Shown here: positions 38,401-45,451 of the stretch, piece by piece
Layout: every line of letters begins with the position of its first letter
How positions within the stretch are numbered: the stretch's first letter is position 1
Program-made: the position numbers and the translations under genes
Notes under the pieces: model-generated
Seen by the model: only the letters and a program-made list of their open reading frames with translations
What the model was told of the DNA's origin: nothing
The model's database searches: none
Origin: Octopus bimaculoides
Lineage: Eukaryota
Direction: 5' to 3'
NCBI RefSeq assembly: GCF_001194135.2
Contig: NC_069001.1
Location: 25,468,837 to 25,514,287, forward strand
DNA length: 45,451 nucleotides

Positions 38401-39339
38401 TTACCCTCACATCTACAATGCAACTAATCAATTTTAATCCGTAAGGAATTTTCAAACGGACTTTGAGATATCTAAAGGGTCACATTTCCAAAATAACGTC
38501 ACTTTTGTTCTTGGAAAGGTGTTCGATCCACTTCAAAGAATTTCCGATGCAATGCCAGATTATATCAAACACATATCTTCATTTGATTTCAAAGACAATA
38601 ATAACTTTGTATCGTTGAATACAAGATACAATTCCCGATATTTGTGTGTATATGCGTCTATGTATATGTTTATGTATATTTGTGTGCCTGTATGTGTATA
38701 CAACTTCAACATATTTTTCAAAACCTTTTCTATACGAATAAATCTATCTGGTGTATATCATAAGTGAAATATAGTGAGTGGCTAACTTCTTGATATTATC
38801 GATCAAAACTTTCTTCTTCGACACCTGTACGTGTGCTTGCCTTCTTTTTAACTAAGTTTTTCTGGAGGAAAACTTATGAAGTATTAAAATCGCGCTATCA
38901 GGTTGTGTGTTCAAATAGGAAACATATTTTCATTGTTACAGTGTGTCAAGTGTAAGAATACTTGAAATTTGTGTTTTAGGTATATTCAAAGTACTTGAAA
39001 TGAAAAAGGAGTGTTTCGATGAATGGGAGGTTAATATTTCATCAGAAAACAAAAGGAGCTGACACATAGTCAAGCAGAGGTGGAGAGTATGAAACTAAGT
39101 AATTAAAAGGAGAATGCAGTGCTGATATACAAGAACGACAGGCCAGAGAAAGAGTTTGGAAAATACTTGGGGTGGGAGTAGTTAAGCTTTAAGAAGAGAG
39201 CGTAAGGGATATAGTTGATTTCGTGTGTGTTATATTAGATCTATCGAAGACGATAATTTTGCGTCAGTATACATATTTGTCGGGTTCCCTCTGTATCTTC
39301 AGATTGTAATGGTTTTGTGACTGCTACCTAGCACCTCAG
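3152..39339 (-). CDS. Tentative multi-micro-exon gene of unknown product; exons 39328-39339, 38353-38412, 28748-28774, 26902-26939, 15625-15647, 14861-14874, 11638-11670, 10570-10595, 9536-9564, 6618-6678, 3152-3220
   Basis: Each candidate has an AG acceptor (several with clear pyrimidine tracts, e.g. ttttccatttattgttctatag, ttgcttcttcag, ttacttcattttag) and, except the terminal one, a GT donor (AAG|gtaaga, CAG|gtaagg, TG|gtgagt, TG|gtaagt). They join in one frame ending in TAA at 3152-3154. No homology recognised, and donor-motif counts are near chance level. Confidence 0.25.
4810..5300 (+). mobile_element. Cluster of about 3 degraded tRNA-derived SINE copies (family with ggcagaatcgttagc head and gtcgactttgcctttcatcc body)
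   Basis: Motifs ggcagaatcgttagcgtgcc (~4972), gaggttgactttgcctgtcatcc (~4816) and ggtgcctttcgtcttttcg (~5243) recur across the window. Boundaries approximate. Confidence 0.75.
5836..6290 (-). mobile_element. Mariner transposase 3' remnant with one TIR
   Basis: Minus frame LGLECLLLPSYSLNLGPSHFYLFRS...FSSIDDVKIQLQVFF matches the mariner C-terminus (LGWEVLPHPPYSPDLAPSDYHLFRS); DNTSPR upstream resembles DNARPH; gggttgccaaaaacattcgtttt at ~5841 resembles a mariner TIR. Confidence 0.8.
7140..7375 (-). mobile_element. tRNA-derived SINE (same family as 4810-5300)
   Basis: Reverse complement of the head and body: aaagtcggcctcgggaggaattgaactcagag...gctaacgattctgctag. Confidence 0.85.
7430..7705. repeat. 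Compound trinucleotide array (TAG/GGT/GGC/CAG)
   Basis: Direct reading; source of the poly-S/G, poly-V and poly-T ORFs. Confidence 0.95.
7829..7960. repeat. (CG)n/(CA)n microsatellite
   Basis: Direct reading. Confidence 0.92.
8460..9027 (+). mobile_element. tRNA-headed, CORE-like SINE with internal microsatellite, interrupted by a ~100-bp insert
   Basis: Head gtggtaagtagcttgcttaccaaccac...gggttca, CORE-like ccttgggcaagtgtctt (8528-8544), tail gccgcagtcaaatgactgaaacaagtaaaa; the same tail occurs at 24770-24925, 34625-34725 and 43940-44075. Confidence 0.9.
9936..9980 (-). ncRNA. Minimal type I hammerhead ribozyme motif, probably inactive (G12A)
   Basis: Minus strand gacac CTGATGA a ggctg-gaggatata-cagcc AAAA cg T T gtgtt; GAAA is mutated to AAAA at 9948. 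Confidence 0.7.
10051..10125 (-). other. tRNA-derived (tRNA-Thr(AGT)-like) Pol III head; pseudo-tRNA
   Basis: Minus: gggcatatgatatactggttaagagcgcggg ctAGTaa ccccaacattccgagTTCGActcctgg, with A-box-like and B-box motifs and a 7-nt anticodon loop; the acceptor stem is poor. Confidence 0.7.
10142..10187 (+). ncRNA. Minimal type I hammerhead ribozyme, intact core (PLE type)
   Basis: Stem I gacac/gtgtt; core CTGATGA (10147-10153) plus an extra A; stem II ggctga/tcagcc; GAAA (10175-10178); palindromic ACGT in place of stem III; GUU cleavage triplet, predicted cut after 10182. Confidence 0.8.
10672..10860 (-). mobile_element. SINE 3' tail fragment
   Basis: Reverse complement of the tail family (cattagactgcagtcatgctggagcacc). 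Confidence 0.8.
10940..11250 (+). mobile_element. RTE-type LINE ORF 3' remnant
   Basis: Degraded translation QLDTLRM*YLSTISNIK...GIEAILIKIHLRLKGYLSRMRDIRIRTLLVFGQF...RPLLRF follows the RTE post-RT motif LRWAGHVxRMxDxRxPKxLLYGEL...GRPxLRY. Confidence 0.75.
11315..11505 (+). mobile_element. tRNA-derived SINE
   Basis: ttagcacgccgggcaaaatgcttagtggcattt...cggggtcgataaatacaagacc...ggggtcgat...aaaatttgaaac. Confidence 0.85.
11510..11610 (-). mobile_element. SINE fragment, same family, opposite orientation
   Basis: tttcaattgtaggcacaggaccagaaaatttgg...actcaattggtacttatataattgacc is the reverse complement of the family tail. Confidence 0.65.
11724..12732 (+). mobile_element. Non-autonomous Helitron (contains gap)
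   Basis: 5' A|TCTATACTATATATAAAAGC; 3' imperfect hairpin ccgagcaacgccgg then CTAG|T (12729-12733); A-T target with no TSD. Confidence 0.8.
13060..13255 (-). mobile_element. tRNA-derived SINE, well preserved
   Basis: gaaaggatgaaaggcaaagtcgacctcggcggaatttgaactcagaatgtaaag...tctgccagctcgcc. Confidence 0.9.
13891..14052 (-). mobile_element. 5' part of second SINE family (same as 30838-31200), truncated by gap
   Basis: Long near-identical stretch taggtgttttcgctcaataaacactcacaacgcccggtctgggaatcgaaac shared with 31092-31143. Confidence 0.92.
16465..16790 (-). mobile_element. Tc1/mariner maT (DD37D)-type transposase remnant
   Basis: MPPH...RSYTFEEDC...DWMHVNLHDFILTETWPPG*PYLNPLDNYVLGVV matches VMPPHF...RPYVFQQDSAP...WPPxSPDLNPLDYYVWGV. 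Confidence 0.85.
19070..19270 (-). mobile_element. tRNA-derived SINE
   Basis: aaaggcaaagcagaccttagcggaatttgaactcag...gtgctaacgattctagcagctggccg. Confidence 0.88.
19505..19812 (-). mobile_element. tRNA/CORE-like SINE sharing its 3' tail with the 30838-31200 family
   Basis: Minus-strand ccttgagcaagacacttta CORE-like motif; tail ccgtcggttacgacg...gttgatccgatca...gaaattaac matches 30850-30915. Confidence 0.75.
19884..20232. repeat. Direct repeat copy 1 (LTR-like flank)
   Basis: Aligns by eye with 21915-22248 (tgatcgaggttg...catctatatctcg...tttttctaccgtac...ctagatttcta.acgaag). Confidence 0.8.
20343..21675 (+). pseudogene. gag: Decayed BEL/Pao LTR-retrotransposon gag plus truncated protease start
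   Basis: Across frameshifts and stops: MADFKTER...; MPNVGL*TFKCDPLMYHE...DAIRGCL..GGEAGYQQAFTILEK (DUF1759-like); Cys/His knuckles CVFCNEH...CHNCLLSSHDTESC...GCGKKH; then MPIVRIRVNNGMKVLYLLSS, cut before the protease DSG motif. Confidence 0.85.
21915..22248. repeat. Direct repeat copy 2 (LTR-like flank)
   Basis: See copy 1; ends at the gap at 22250. Confidence 0.8.
22272..22340. repeat. (ATAG)n(ATAC)n tetranucleotide microsatellite
   Basis: Direct reading. Confidence 0.93.
22345..22712 (-). mobile_element. tRNA/CORE-like SINE (family of 8460-9027), degraded
   Basis: Tail tcagtcattagactgcggtcat at left; head reverse complement gtttcagtttccatcta...ccacacagccacgcct at right. Confidence 0.8.
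24540..24925 (+). mobile_element. tRNA/CORE-like SINE, full length
   Basis: cataggcgcaggtgtggctatgcggtaaatagc...ggttccaggttcagtcc...gacggaaactaaaaggagcccgtcg...ggtagcagtcaatcgactgaaaa. Confidence 0.9.
25005..25335 (+). mobile_element. Helitron 3' fragment: PIF1-type helicase C-terminus and terminus
   Basis: RINLRPSETSL..QFPVIPAFSI / GIILPSPVFSNGQLYFPLSRSTSRNNIK...TRNVV; hairpin atgcca...tggcat (25303-25324) then CTAA|T (25332-25336). Confidence 0.85.
27361..27436 (+). mobile_element. Second Helitron helicase fragment
   Basis: FGMTIN*SQGQS..AGIILPSPVFS (FAMTINKSQGQ motif); shares ggcatcatcctaccatcaccagtattcagc exactly with 25111-25140. Confidence 0.8.
27607..27900 (-). mobile_element. Two tandem SINE copies/fragments
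   Basis: gacgaaataccgctaagcattt and aaaggatgaaagtcgaagtcggtctcggcgg...gtgctaacgattttgcca. Confidence 0.8.
30445..30700 (-). mobile_element. SINE 3' tail
   Basis: gattgcggccatgttaaggcaccacc...cttattctatcaacc...gtggtggtggacaagcacaa. Confidence 0.7.
30838..31200 (-). mobile_element. Full-length tRNA-derived SINE with 13-bp TSD
   Basis: Head gtggaggcgcaatggcccagtggttaagg...gtttcgattccc; tail ...gacggagtgccaacaa; TSD tgcataagtatat at 30825-30837 and 31201-31213. Confidence 0.95.
32820..33085 (+). mobile_element. SINE tail followed by a head/body fragment of the same family
   Basis: cgcttgacaaccgaggctggtgtgttt...gctccagcatggccgcagtca, then gtgagtggatttggtagacg. Confidence 0.85.
33576..34544. mobile_element. 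Fold-back element: ~300-bp inverted arms (33576-33877, 34219-34544) around a ~340-bp spacer, within (TA)n
   Basis: Arms align by eye throughout, e.g. tactataatagtccatcggctaaaa versus ttttagccgatggactattatagta. Confidence 0.9.
34625..34725 (+). mobile_element. SINE tail fragment
   Basis: tactaggtttacaaagaataagtcctg...cgcagtcaagtgaatggaac. Confidence 0.8.
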
Positions 39340-40062
39340 CTATAAAAACGAATGAATAACCGCATTCTCATGTATCACAGTCTAACATTCATTCCCTGTT
39401 GTTACTCAGTCAGCTATCAGAACGAAATCAATGAGTTTTTAGCAATACAATGAAGTAGGAACTATGCTGATTTTCTAGTCGCTGAGATTTTCACACTCAC
39501 TCTCTGTATAGTTGTCTATTTCTCTCTTTCTCTCTCTTTCGGTCCCTTTCTCAACAATGGCCTTTTACAAATCGCTACCATTTCGATCAAGAATTATTTT
39601 TCTCTCTTCCCTTAGCAGTACGTGAATCGACTTTAGTAAAGGGTGGAAAAATCCATAGATTTCAACAACGGATGTCGTGCATCACTTCGATTTTTTCATA
39701 TGGCAGTTTAAAATAAGCCTTCAACTGCTTTTTTTCTTTTTCGTTTTAGAATACATAGAATAGGATTTCGATATATTTATTAGATCTATATACACTTACA
39801 ATTATACTAGGTTGTAATACGCTTGTCGTATTCGCTCTAACAGATTATATTTTACTCCCGAAAGATTTGAGTTTTAGTGGATGCGTCTGTTTGAGACATA
39901 AGATATCGTGCAACAAGTTGTTATTACTCCAAAGTTTATTTCCTGAGAGACTGCGTAGAACATCTTCAAATGATATATCGTATTGTAACACTAGAAAGAA
40001 TCAGTTGTTCTATTTATACAGTGGTTATATATATGCATTCTAGGACAAACTTATATTTGGCG

Positions 40063-40470
40063 TTAGCAGCTCCGTTGCTGGTTAATGAGCCCTGCTCTTG
40101 ACAAGCATGTACAACTGCAGAAATTACAAACCGAGATTTCCCCATTTACTAGACTAGCAGTGCGCTTTCGAGCAGCACACTTAAATTCATCATACAGAAT
40201 AAGTGTTCTCTCAAAGGTGTCGAATCCCTCCTTAACCTGCTTTCTCCAACTGTGGCGATGAGAGGCATTGCTCTCCCACTCGGTCTCCTGCATATCACAT
40301 GCCTTTAATAAGGACTTGACACAGCCCTTAAATCGCAGCGTTGGTTTCTGCCGGGCTCTCTTTCCACTAACAAGTTCCCCATATAGCATCTGTTTAGAGA
40401 TCCTGCTATCCTTCATTCCTGAGGAAAGCTGATATCTTGAGCATTGAGGCGACGGTGCACAATCACCGAT
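40063..40470 (-). mobile_element. RTE-type LINE ORF C-terminus
   Basis: MKDSRISKQMLYGELVSGKRARQKPTLRFKGCVK...W..NASHRHSWRKQV...CNFCSCTCLSRAGLINQQRSC: RTE C-terminal motifs plus the terminal Cys/His finger. Confidence 0.9.
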
Positions 40471-40594
40471 TACGTTGAATTGGACACCTTATATATATAT
40501 ATATAAGCACACACAGATATATTCTTTTATTCTTCTACTGCCAACTTACAACATCGCTTACAAAACACAGACACACAAATACACACACACACGC

Positions 40595-40629
<35 letters not shown>

Positions 40630-40869
40630 NNNNNNNNNNNNNNNNNNNNNNNNNNNNNNNNNNNNNNNNNNNNNNNNNNNNNNNNNNNNNNNNNNNNNNN
40701 NNNNNNNNNNNNNNNNNNNNNNNNNNNNNNNNNNNNNNNNNNNNNNNNNNNNNNNNNNNNNNNNNNNNNNNAATGCATTTATATCCAAGGTCTAATGGAG
40801 ATCGGAGCTGGAAATGATTTTGTGCTACTAAGTAACAAACTCTAAAGAATTGCTCAATTAAGTGTCCAC

Positions 40870-41075
40870 AAAGATGGTTAGTTGGCAGAACCATAAGCAC
40901 TACAGCCGAAACGTTTAGGAGTAATTTGTCCGTATGTACTTTCTTAGTTCAAATCACGCCGATGTCGACATTGATTTCCATTAATTGAATAAAGCTCATT
41001 TGAGCACTGGGATCGATTTAATCAACTAACCCCACCACTAGATGTTGCTATCCCTGGTTGCAAAATCCGAGCCAA
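40870..41075 (+). mobile_element. tRNA-derived SINE, degraded
   Basis: agttggcagaaccataagcac...tagttcaaatcacgccgatgtcgac...actgggatcgatttaatcaact. Confidence 0.7.
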
Positions 41076-41847
41076 TTACCTGTTCGCTGCGAAGGACGTT
41101 ATTCTCCTTGTCATACTTCATTCCTTTGATCCATATTGCCAGACATCTAAAGACATATAAACAACAACCATTATATGGTTGATAAGTTCAAATAAACCTG
41201 GTAATAGTATCGGCCCCAAAAAGTTACTATACATAATTTTTACATGGCGTGTCCATGTACAAATAAAATTGAGATGTATAGTGTTGCAAAAGTGGAGATA
41301 TGCAAAATGTATTTGATGTGCCTGTGTGTGTATGCATCTGTGAGTGTGCTTGTATGGGCGTACCTGAGTGTGCTTGTGTGGAAATGTATTTACGTTCTGT
41401 ATGTATATCTATACGCACCTAAAAACGCATAGGAACACATTACGTATGTGTACATATACACGCACATGTATATATATGCATATGTACATAAATATGTGAG
41501 TTTGCGTGTTTGTCTACGTATGTGTGTGTCTGTGTGTATCTGTGTGTGTGCATATGTGTGAGTGTTTGTTACATGTTTCAGTATTTGGTAAAACAGGATG
41601 TCACATTACAGAAGCAAACATTAGTTGAGATTATAGGGCAAGCATGGAGCAAATATGTCGAGAGATAATCCGATAAACATATATAAGTTAAAGATAAGCA
41701 GTAGCCAAATTCATACATACTAGAGGCCTTTGCCAGAGATGGGGAGGTGATGAATGAGGCATGTAAATAAGCCCACCGACAAAGCTTCTAGGTGTAATAG
41801 ACAAGAATGTTGGGAAGTATCACTGGTATGACACTCGGAATCAAATA

Positions 41848-41925
41848 ATATATGATAGAAATAATACTACATGATAGAATAATATATGACAGAAGTAATA
41901 TATGATAGAATAATATATGATAGAA
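41848..41925. repeat. ~16-bp minisatellite (atatatgatagaata), about 5 copies
   Basis: atgatagaa-taat units read directly. Confidence 0.85.
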
Positions 41926-41964
41926 ACGAGTGGCATTTATAAAACATAGTGTAATAGATCGACC

Positions 41965-42360
41965 TATTTCAAATTTTAGCACAAGGCCAACAGTTTAGGG
42001 GAGGGGTTAAGTCGTTTACATGGACTCCAGTACTCAACTAGTACTTATTTTACCGAACCTGAATAATGAAAGGCAAAGTCGACCTCAATGAAGTTTTAAC
42101 TCAAAACATGAACATTTATGCAATACCGCTTAGCATCTCACCCAACCACCGTAAATCTACATAATTGTCCTTTCTAATGAAGGCACAAAGCCTGAAATTT
42201 GTTGGAAGCAGGTAGTAAATTATATCGACCCCAGCGTTTCATTGGTACATAATTTATCGATGCTCAAATAAAGAAAGGCAAAGTCGACCTCAGCGAAATT
42301 TGGACTCAAAGCGTGTGACGACGAAATACCTCTCAGCGTGGTAACGATTCTGCCAGGTAA
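41965..42360 (-). mobile_element. Two tandem SINE copies
   Basis: gaaaggcaaagtcgacctca at ~42069 and ~42273. Confidence 0.88.
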
Positions 42361-42689
42361 CCACATTTATTCTACCCAGTGATTATAATAAATATTCATT
42401 AAACCAAGTAGAATCACTTAATACCGGTTGTCCTGGAAATCTACAATATTGAACATAAAAAAATATTGTGATACGTTGGAACATTTATGATTTTGTCCTT
42501 TTTGTGTGTCTGTGTTTGCTGAACATTTTCTCTTCTGATACTGACATGAGTCCAGACCAACAAAGTGATTTTTAAACATTTTAAAAGCGTCTGCTTTACC
42601 GTCTAGAGAATGAGAAATCCCCTGAAGTATATCGTTCATAAAGGATGTTTCTTTTTTTACCTTAATAAATTTGTCATCCTACTCATTGG

Positions 42690-42945
42690 TGTTGCTGTCC
42701 TTGTAGATTACGTAATTACTAACTTCACCGTTGTCTCCGATGTTCTTGTTGTTATTATGATGGCAGCTGCTTCCTGAGATTGTTTACCTTACGGCTGTTG
42801 TTAGCACGGTTACAGCTACCGTTATTGTTACTGCTGATTATTTTATTACAGTCGTTATTGGAGTTGCTGTATTCATGTTGATGTTACTGCAATTGTTGCT
42901 GATGTCGTAGTTGTTGTTTTGATGTTAATGTTTTGTTTTTACTGT
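42690..42945. repeat. Decayed (GTT/GCT/ATT)n low-complexity tract
   Basis: Trinucleotide periodicity with many substitutions and stops. Confidence 0.7.
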
Positions 42946-43121
42946 TTTCATATTCTTAACTACTTTCAATGCGATTTGCTGGCGCATCACATTAAGACAT
43001 ACTTTGCCATCTATTGCTAAGATCATCAACGCGCGAAGCAGGAGAAGGAAAAATGAATTTTCTCCGAAAACCACTCCTCTATTTTTACTTATGGCGACCA
43101 TGTTGTAAGACACTGGTTCGA

Positions 43122-43154
<33 letters not shown>

Positions 43155-43369
43155 CCGAAAGTATTGCGAAACGGTCGAACGCTCGTCGTGAGATTAAAAC
43201 GAAGTGAATTTTTTTTAATGGAGACGCAGATACATTTCCAAAGCAATGGTATCGATTCCAGGAGCTGTACACGACCGTACACACCAACACACACACACAC
43301 ACACACACAAACATATAAGCAATTTTAGAAAATATCACATTTGCATTGTTTACAGCATGGATTCCGGGT

Positions 43370-43385
43370 ATGCTGCTGCTGCTGC

Positions 43386-43454
<69 letters not shown>

Positions 43455-43480
43455 GTATTAGTATTAGTATTAGTATTATT
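43370..43480. repeat. (GCT)n(AAT)n(ATT)n(AGTATT)n compound microsatellite
   Basis: Direct reading; source of the poly-I/N/Y ORFs. Confidence 0.95.
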
Positions 43481-43668
43481 TTATGTTTGACTTTTGCTTT
43501 GCAGTTGTACAATTTGGCTCCAAGTCTTACCCAGAGACCTCAAGAGACAAGTTAGAAGTTCATGTTGCTGTTATGTCTAGGGTACCATGTATTTGGTTTT
43601 GTAAATATTGTTGTTCTAAAGAATGTTTAAGAAACCATAAGAATATTGTGTTTGTTTCAAAATTTGAG

Positions 43669-43699
<31 letters not shown>

Positions 43700-43939
43700 G
43701 CAGTACCAGACAGGGCTTCGTATGGCTATGTCCGGATGCAGTACCAGACAGTGTTTCTCATGGTTTGTGTCCTTAACTGGATTGCTATCATAAACATGTT
43801 TTCTTTTGGTACAAAAGATGGGCTACAGTAAATATTCTGCGCAATGACACAGATTTTCTAGTCAGTTGCACGACCATAACTATATGAGCATTTTCTTTAA
43901 CTGGATGACGATATGTGCATCTCTGATGTGCATATCTTT

Positions 43940-44075
43940 CTATCGGCAAAAGAGACCGATAGAATAAGTACTAGGCTTCCAAAGAATACGCCCTGGGGTC
44001 GATTTGTTCGACAAAAGGCAGTGATCAAGCATGGCAACAGTCAAATGACTGAAACAAGTAAAAGAGTAAAAGAGA
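43940..44075 (+). mobile_element. SINE tail fragment
   Basis: gagaccgatagaataagtactaggc...cagtcaaatgactgaaacaagtaaaagagtaaaagag. Confidence 0.88.
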
Positions 44076-44177
44076 AAATGTAAATAATGTAAATAATGCA
44101 CATAATTCCTCATCTCTTAAATATAGAAGGGGTTAAGGGAAATTTATCATAGATACCAGTTCAGTCACTGACATGAT

Positions 44178-44438
44178 CTACGGAAAAACGTGTTGCACGA
44201 AAGACCTCCACACCAGTTCACCGTCGCAGTAATCCACGTATTGTTGCACGTCTTCCGCATGTACATGATAGAAGAGAACATCTCGAGATGACCATCGATG
44301 TTCATAAGAGACGGATTTCGTAAGTGATAGAATCTGACCCTTCCGTAAGAAGCGGATAAATAAGAGCTCCAGTCTGGAGGGATATTTCTTAGAACAATGT
44401 AAGTATATCAGGCCTGAATTTCTGAAGTAATCTATTAG
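44178..44438 (-). CDS. Candidate coding exon or TE remnant: 86-codon Met-less open frame
   Basis: LIDYFRNSGLIYLHCSKKYPSRLELLFIRFLRKGQILSLTKSVSYEHRWSSRDVLFYHVHAEDVQQYVDYCDGELVWRSFVQHVFP*; non-repetitive and visibly more GC-rich than its flanks; acceptors ctaatag and attacttcag at the 5' end. Confidence 0.35.
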   Translation of the reverse strand, partial: LIDYFRNSGLIYLHCSKKYPSRLELLFIRFLRKGQILSLTKSVSYEHRWSSRDVLFYHVHAEDVQQYVDYCDGELVWRSFVQHVFP

Positions 44439-44606
44439 TTACATTAATCCGACTTTTCAGAGATACTTTCCTNNNNNNNNNNTTTCAGAGATACTTTCCT
44501 CTAAAATATTTCTCGGCCAGTTTGGCAAGCCCCTCACCATCACTTTGTTACTGCTACGAGAACTAAGTTTCGAGCACTTTCATCAGACTCTCACACCAGT
44601 CGTCGC

Positions 44607-44658
<52 letters not shown>

Positions 44659-44679
44659 ATGAATATATGTATATATGAC

Positions 44680-44852
44680 GTGACAGTTGGTTGTCATAAT
44701 AAACCTCAGAGTTTCGGGTTCTGGAGGTGAAATCTGCTCCAGCATCTCATCATTTATTAAGACCGGAGTCTTAATAACTGATATGCCGGAGCACACTCCA
44801 GTCCCGGTATCCGAAACTCTGAGTTTTATTATGGCAACCAACTAATTGTCAC
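44680..44852. ncRNA. Head-to-head palindrome of two decayed type I hammerhead motifs
   Basis: Centre ttattaagac-cgga-gtcttaataa; each arm has a perfect stem I taataa/ttatta, GAAA and an actctgag(t) stem III, with different core lesions. Confidence 0.65.
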
Positions 44853-45451
44853 ATATTATATTCATATATAAATTCCTCTACTTTACATAATATCGAGGTC
44901 TGATTCATTTTTTATTGTCATATTATGATTATTATTATTATTATTATTATTATTATCATTAATATATATATTTCTGGAAAGCATTTGCTCTCATGCATCC
45001 AGAATTATATGAGGTATTTATGGATAATTTCATCACTTGCTTGTCTGATTTCCATAAAGATATAATTATCCATTGTATGAAAAGCTTAGAATAATAAATA
45101 GATTAGAACAAAGAAAGTTTCTAGACAAATTTTTCCTTGCATAAAAAAAATTATACGATCTTCTGTAAACGTCCCAATATTATGCCTGATCAGAATAAAT
45201 TTCTGTAAGAAATCTATACAAGTGAAAATCGTTATGACATCCAACAGCACTAATATCATATGATTGGGAAATGTAACAAACATATCACACAACACATTAA
45301 AGGAAATATATGCTGTGTTACGGATGAGAATACCCACAGAAATATTTTAGCCGGGAGCAAGTCAGCACGCATGCACGCCGATACACACTTACAGGAGTAT
45401 ACATATGCTTGTGTGTGTGTTTGTGTATCACTTGGAATATATATATATATA

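Larger units (their letters stand above)
916..44482. other. Assembly gaps: 916-1379, 4112-4289, 8807-8816, 12000-12443, 13504-13890, 22250-22271, 24061-24134, 25540-25675, 31704-31832, 33109-33400, 40630-40771, 44473-44482
   Basis: N runs read directly; most abut AT/CA microsatellites. Confidence 0.97.

Noticed and set aside
37890-38640. Plus-strand open frames AESGTIWLWLTKG... and NFQTDFEISKG...RYNSRY
   Set aside because: No convincing donor pairs or homology; cannot be told apart from chance.
41848-41925. CRISPR-like array
   Set aside because: Tandem units without unique spacers, in a eukaryotic context.
42690-42945. Mucin-like Thr-rich exon on the minus strand
   Set aside because: Stops in all frames; a decayed trinucleotide repeat.
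44455-44500. 18-bp direct repeat tttcagagatactttcct on both sides of a 10-N gap
   Set aside because: Typical overlap of contig ends; probably an assembly artefact rather than a TSD.
104-45337. Most ORFs in the supplied track (CVCV, YIYI, HTHT, poly-I/S/V/T and X-filled)
   Set aside because: They are translations of di- or trinucleotide microsatellites or of N gaps.

Overview
AT-rich, repeat-dense, gapped eukaryotic genomic DNA with 12 N-gaps, most next to (AT)n or (CA)n tracts. The repeat landscape points to an octopus/coleoid draft assembly; this is inferred from recognisable tRNA-derived SINE families, not from a database search. Nearly all ORFs in the supplied track are microsatellite or gap artefacts, and no known host gene could be named. 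Well-supported content: many tRNA-headed SINE copies (one with a 13-bp TSD), two RTE-type LINE 3' remnants, a mariner and a maT/DD37D transposase remnant, a non-autonomous Helitron with both termini, two Helitron helicase fragments, and a decayed BEL/Pao gag(-protease) between diverged direct repeats. Most interesting: (i) Penelope-type minimal hammerhead ribozyme (HHR) motifs in inverted pairs, including a TSD-flanked 385-bp element in which two HHR arms enclose a tRNA-derived Pol III head, and a head-to-head HHR palindrome near 44.7 kb; (ii) a ~970-bp fold-back element; (iii) a tentative minus-strand chain of 11 very short, phase-compatible exons over 36 kb (possible micro-exon gene, low confidence); (iv) an unlisted 86-codon open frame at 44.2-44.4 kb.
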